DNA of 63,786 nucleotides, filler included, from Atractiella rhizophila (Eukaryota): NCBI GenBank assembly GCA_021432655.1. It is 3 parts of 3 records of this genome, joined end to end, with 100 filler letters (N's around TTAATTAATTAA, not from the genome) between each part and the next. Parts side by side here need not be neighbours in the genome. Positions count along the whole stretch, not along the records: positions 42,987 to 63,786 come from MU271829.1; 2 more parts are not named here. One strand, 5' to 3'. Shown piece by piece: positions 63,452 to 63,786 of this stretch (position 1 is its first letter; each line of letters starts with the position of its first letter). The notes under the pieces were generated by a model. It saw only the letters and a program-made list of their open reading frames with translations, ran no database searches and was not told where the DNA came from. The position numbers and the translations under genes were made by a program.

Positions 63452-63786
63452 GTCTATTTGTTATGATGATCTTTGATCCACACCCGACTCTTTATAGAGT
63501 GGATGCGGCCAAGTCACATAGTACAACGTTGCGTGTTGTGGGTCACGGAGGCTAGTCACACTACTAAAATACCGGGTTAAGTAACTCCTGGTCGTCGAGC
63601 CTTCGGCGGTCGAAGAAGGAAAGGAGGCAAAAACGCTTTACTGCTGTTCAACGTACAACGGGGTCAAGTTGGTTCATTGGACACTCAGTTGTATTTATCC
63701 ATGGTAGCAAACTTGAAGAGGGTTTCCCAAGCCAAGAGATGTTATGCACAACGATACTTTCGATTGTAGATGTACTGTAATGATAG

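Overview
Eukaryotic draft-assembly window, not prokaryotic. Genes are broken by many short (~42-60 nt) GT-AG introns, so the ORF track fragments them; gene content points to a basidiomycete fungus. It has four N gaps, two of them 100-nt joins containing an artificial TTAATTAATTAA linker. Recognisable genes: RanGAP, a Pho80/Pcl-type cyclin-like protein, a DHA1 MFS transporter, a USP48-like deubiquitinase C-terminus, the EF-hand mitochondrial aspartate/glutamate carrier, an RRM protein, a DUF6534-type membrane protein, a cytochrome P450, ER cyclophilin B, an EFM6-type methyltransferase, a P4-ATPase flippase and a histidine phosphatase. The standout is an 11-exon gene at 17048-18830 encoding a secreted Kex2-processed repeat precursor (413 aa when spliced by hand). 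It carries 11 copies of a QENPIPNDSDFPTKVVNGEIVPF-type peptide, eight of them each on their own 84-nt exon, about 1 kb downstream of the MFS exporter. Also notable: a 6-exon S/G/Q/Y-rich CAAX gene (7349-7921) missing from the ORF track, a local duplication with apparent reciprocal gene decay, and three unusually long, self-complementary introns. All exon structures were inferred manually and family names come from motif recognition, with no database searches.
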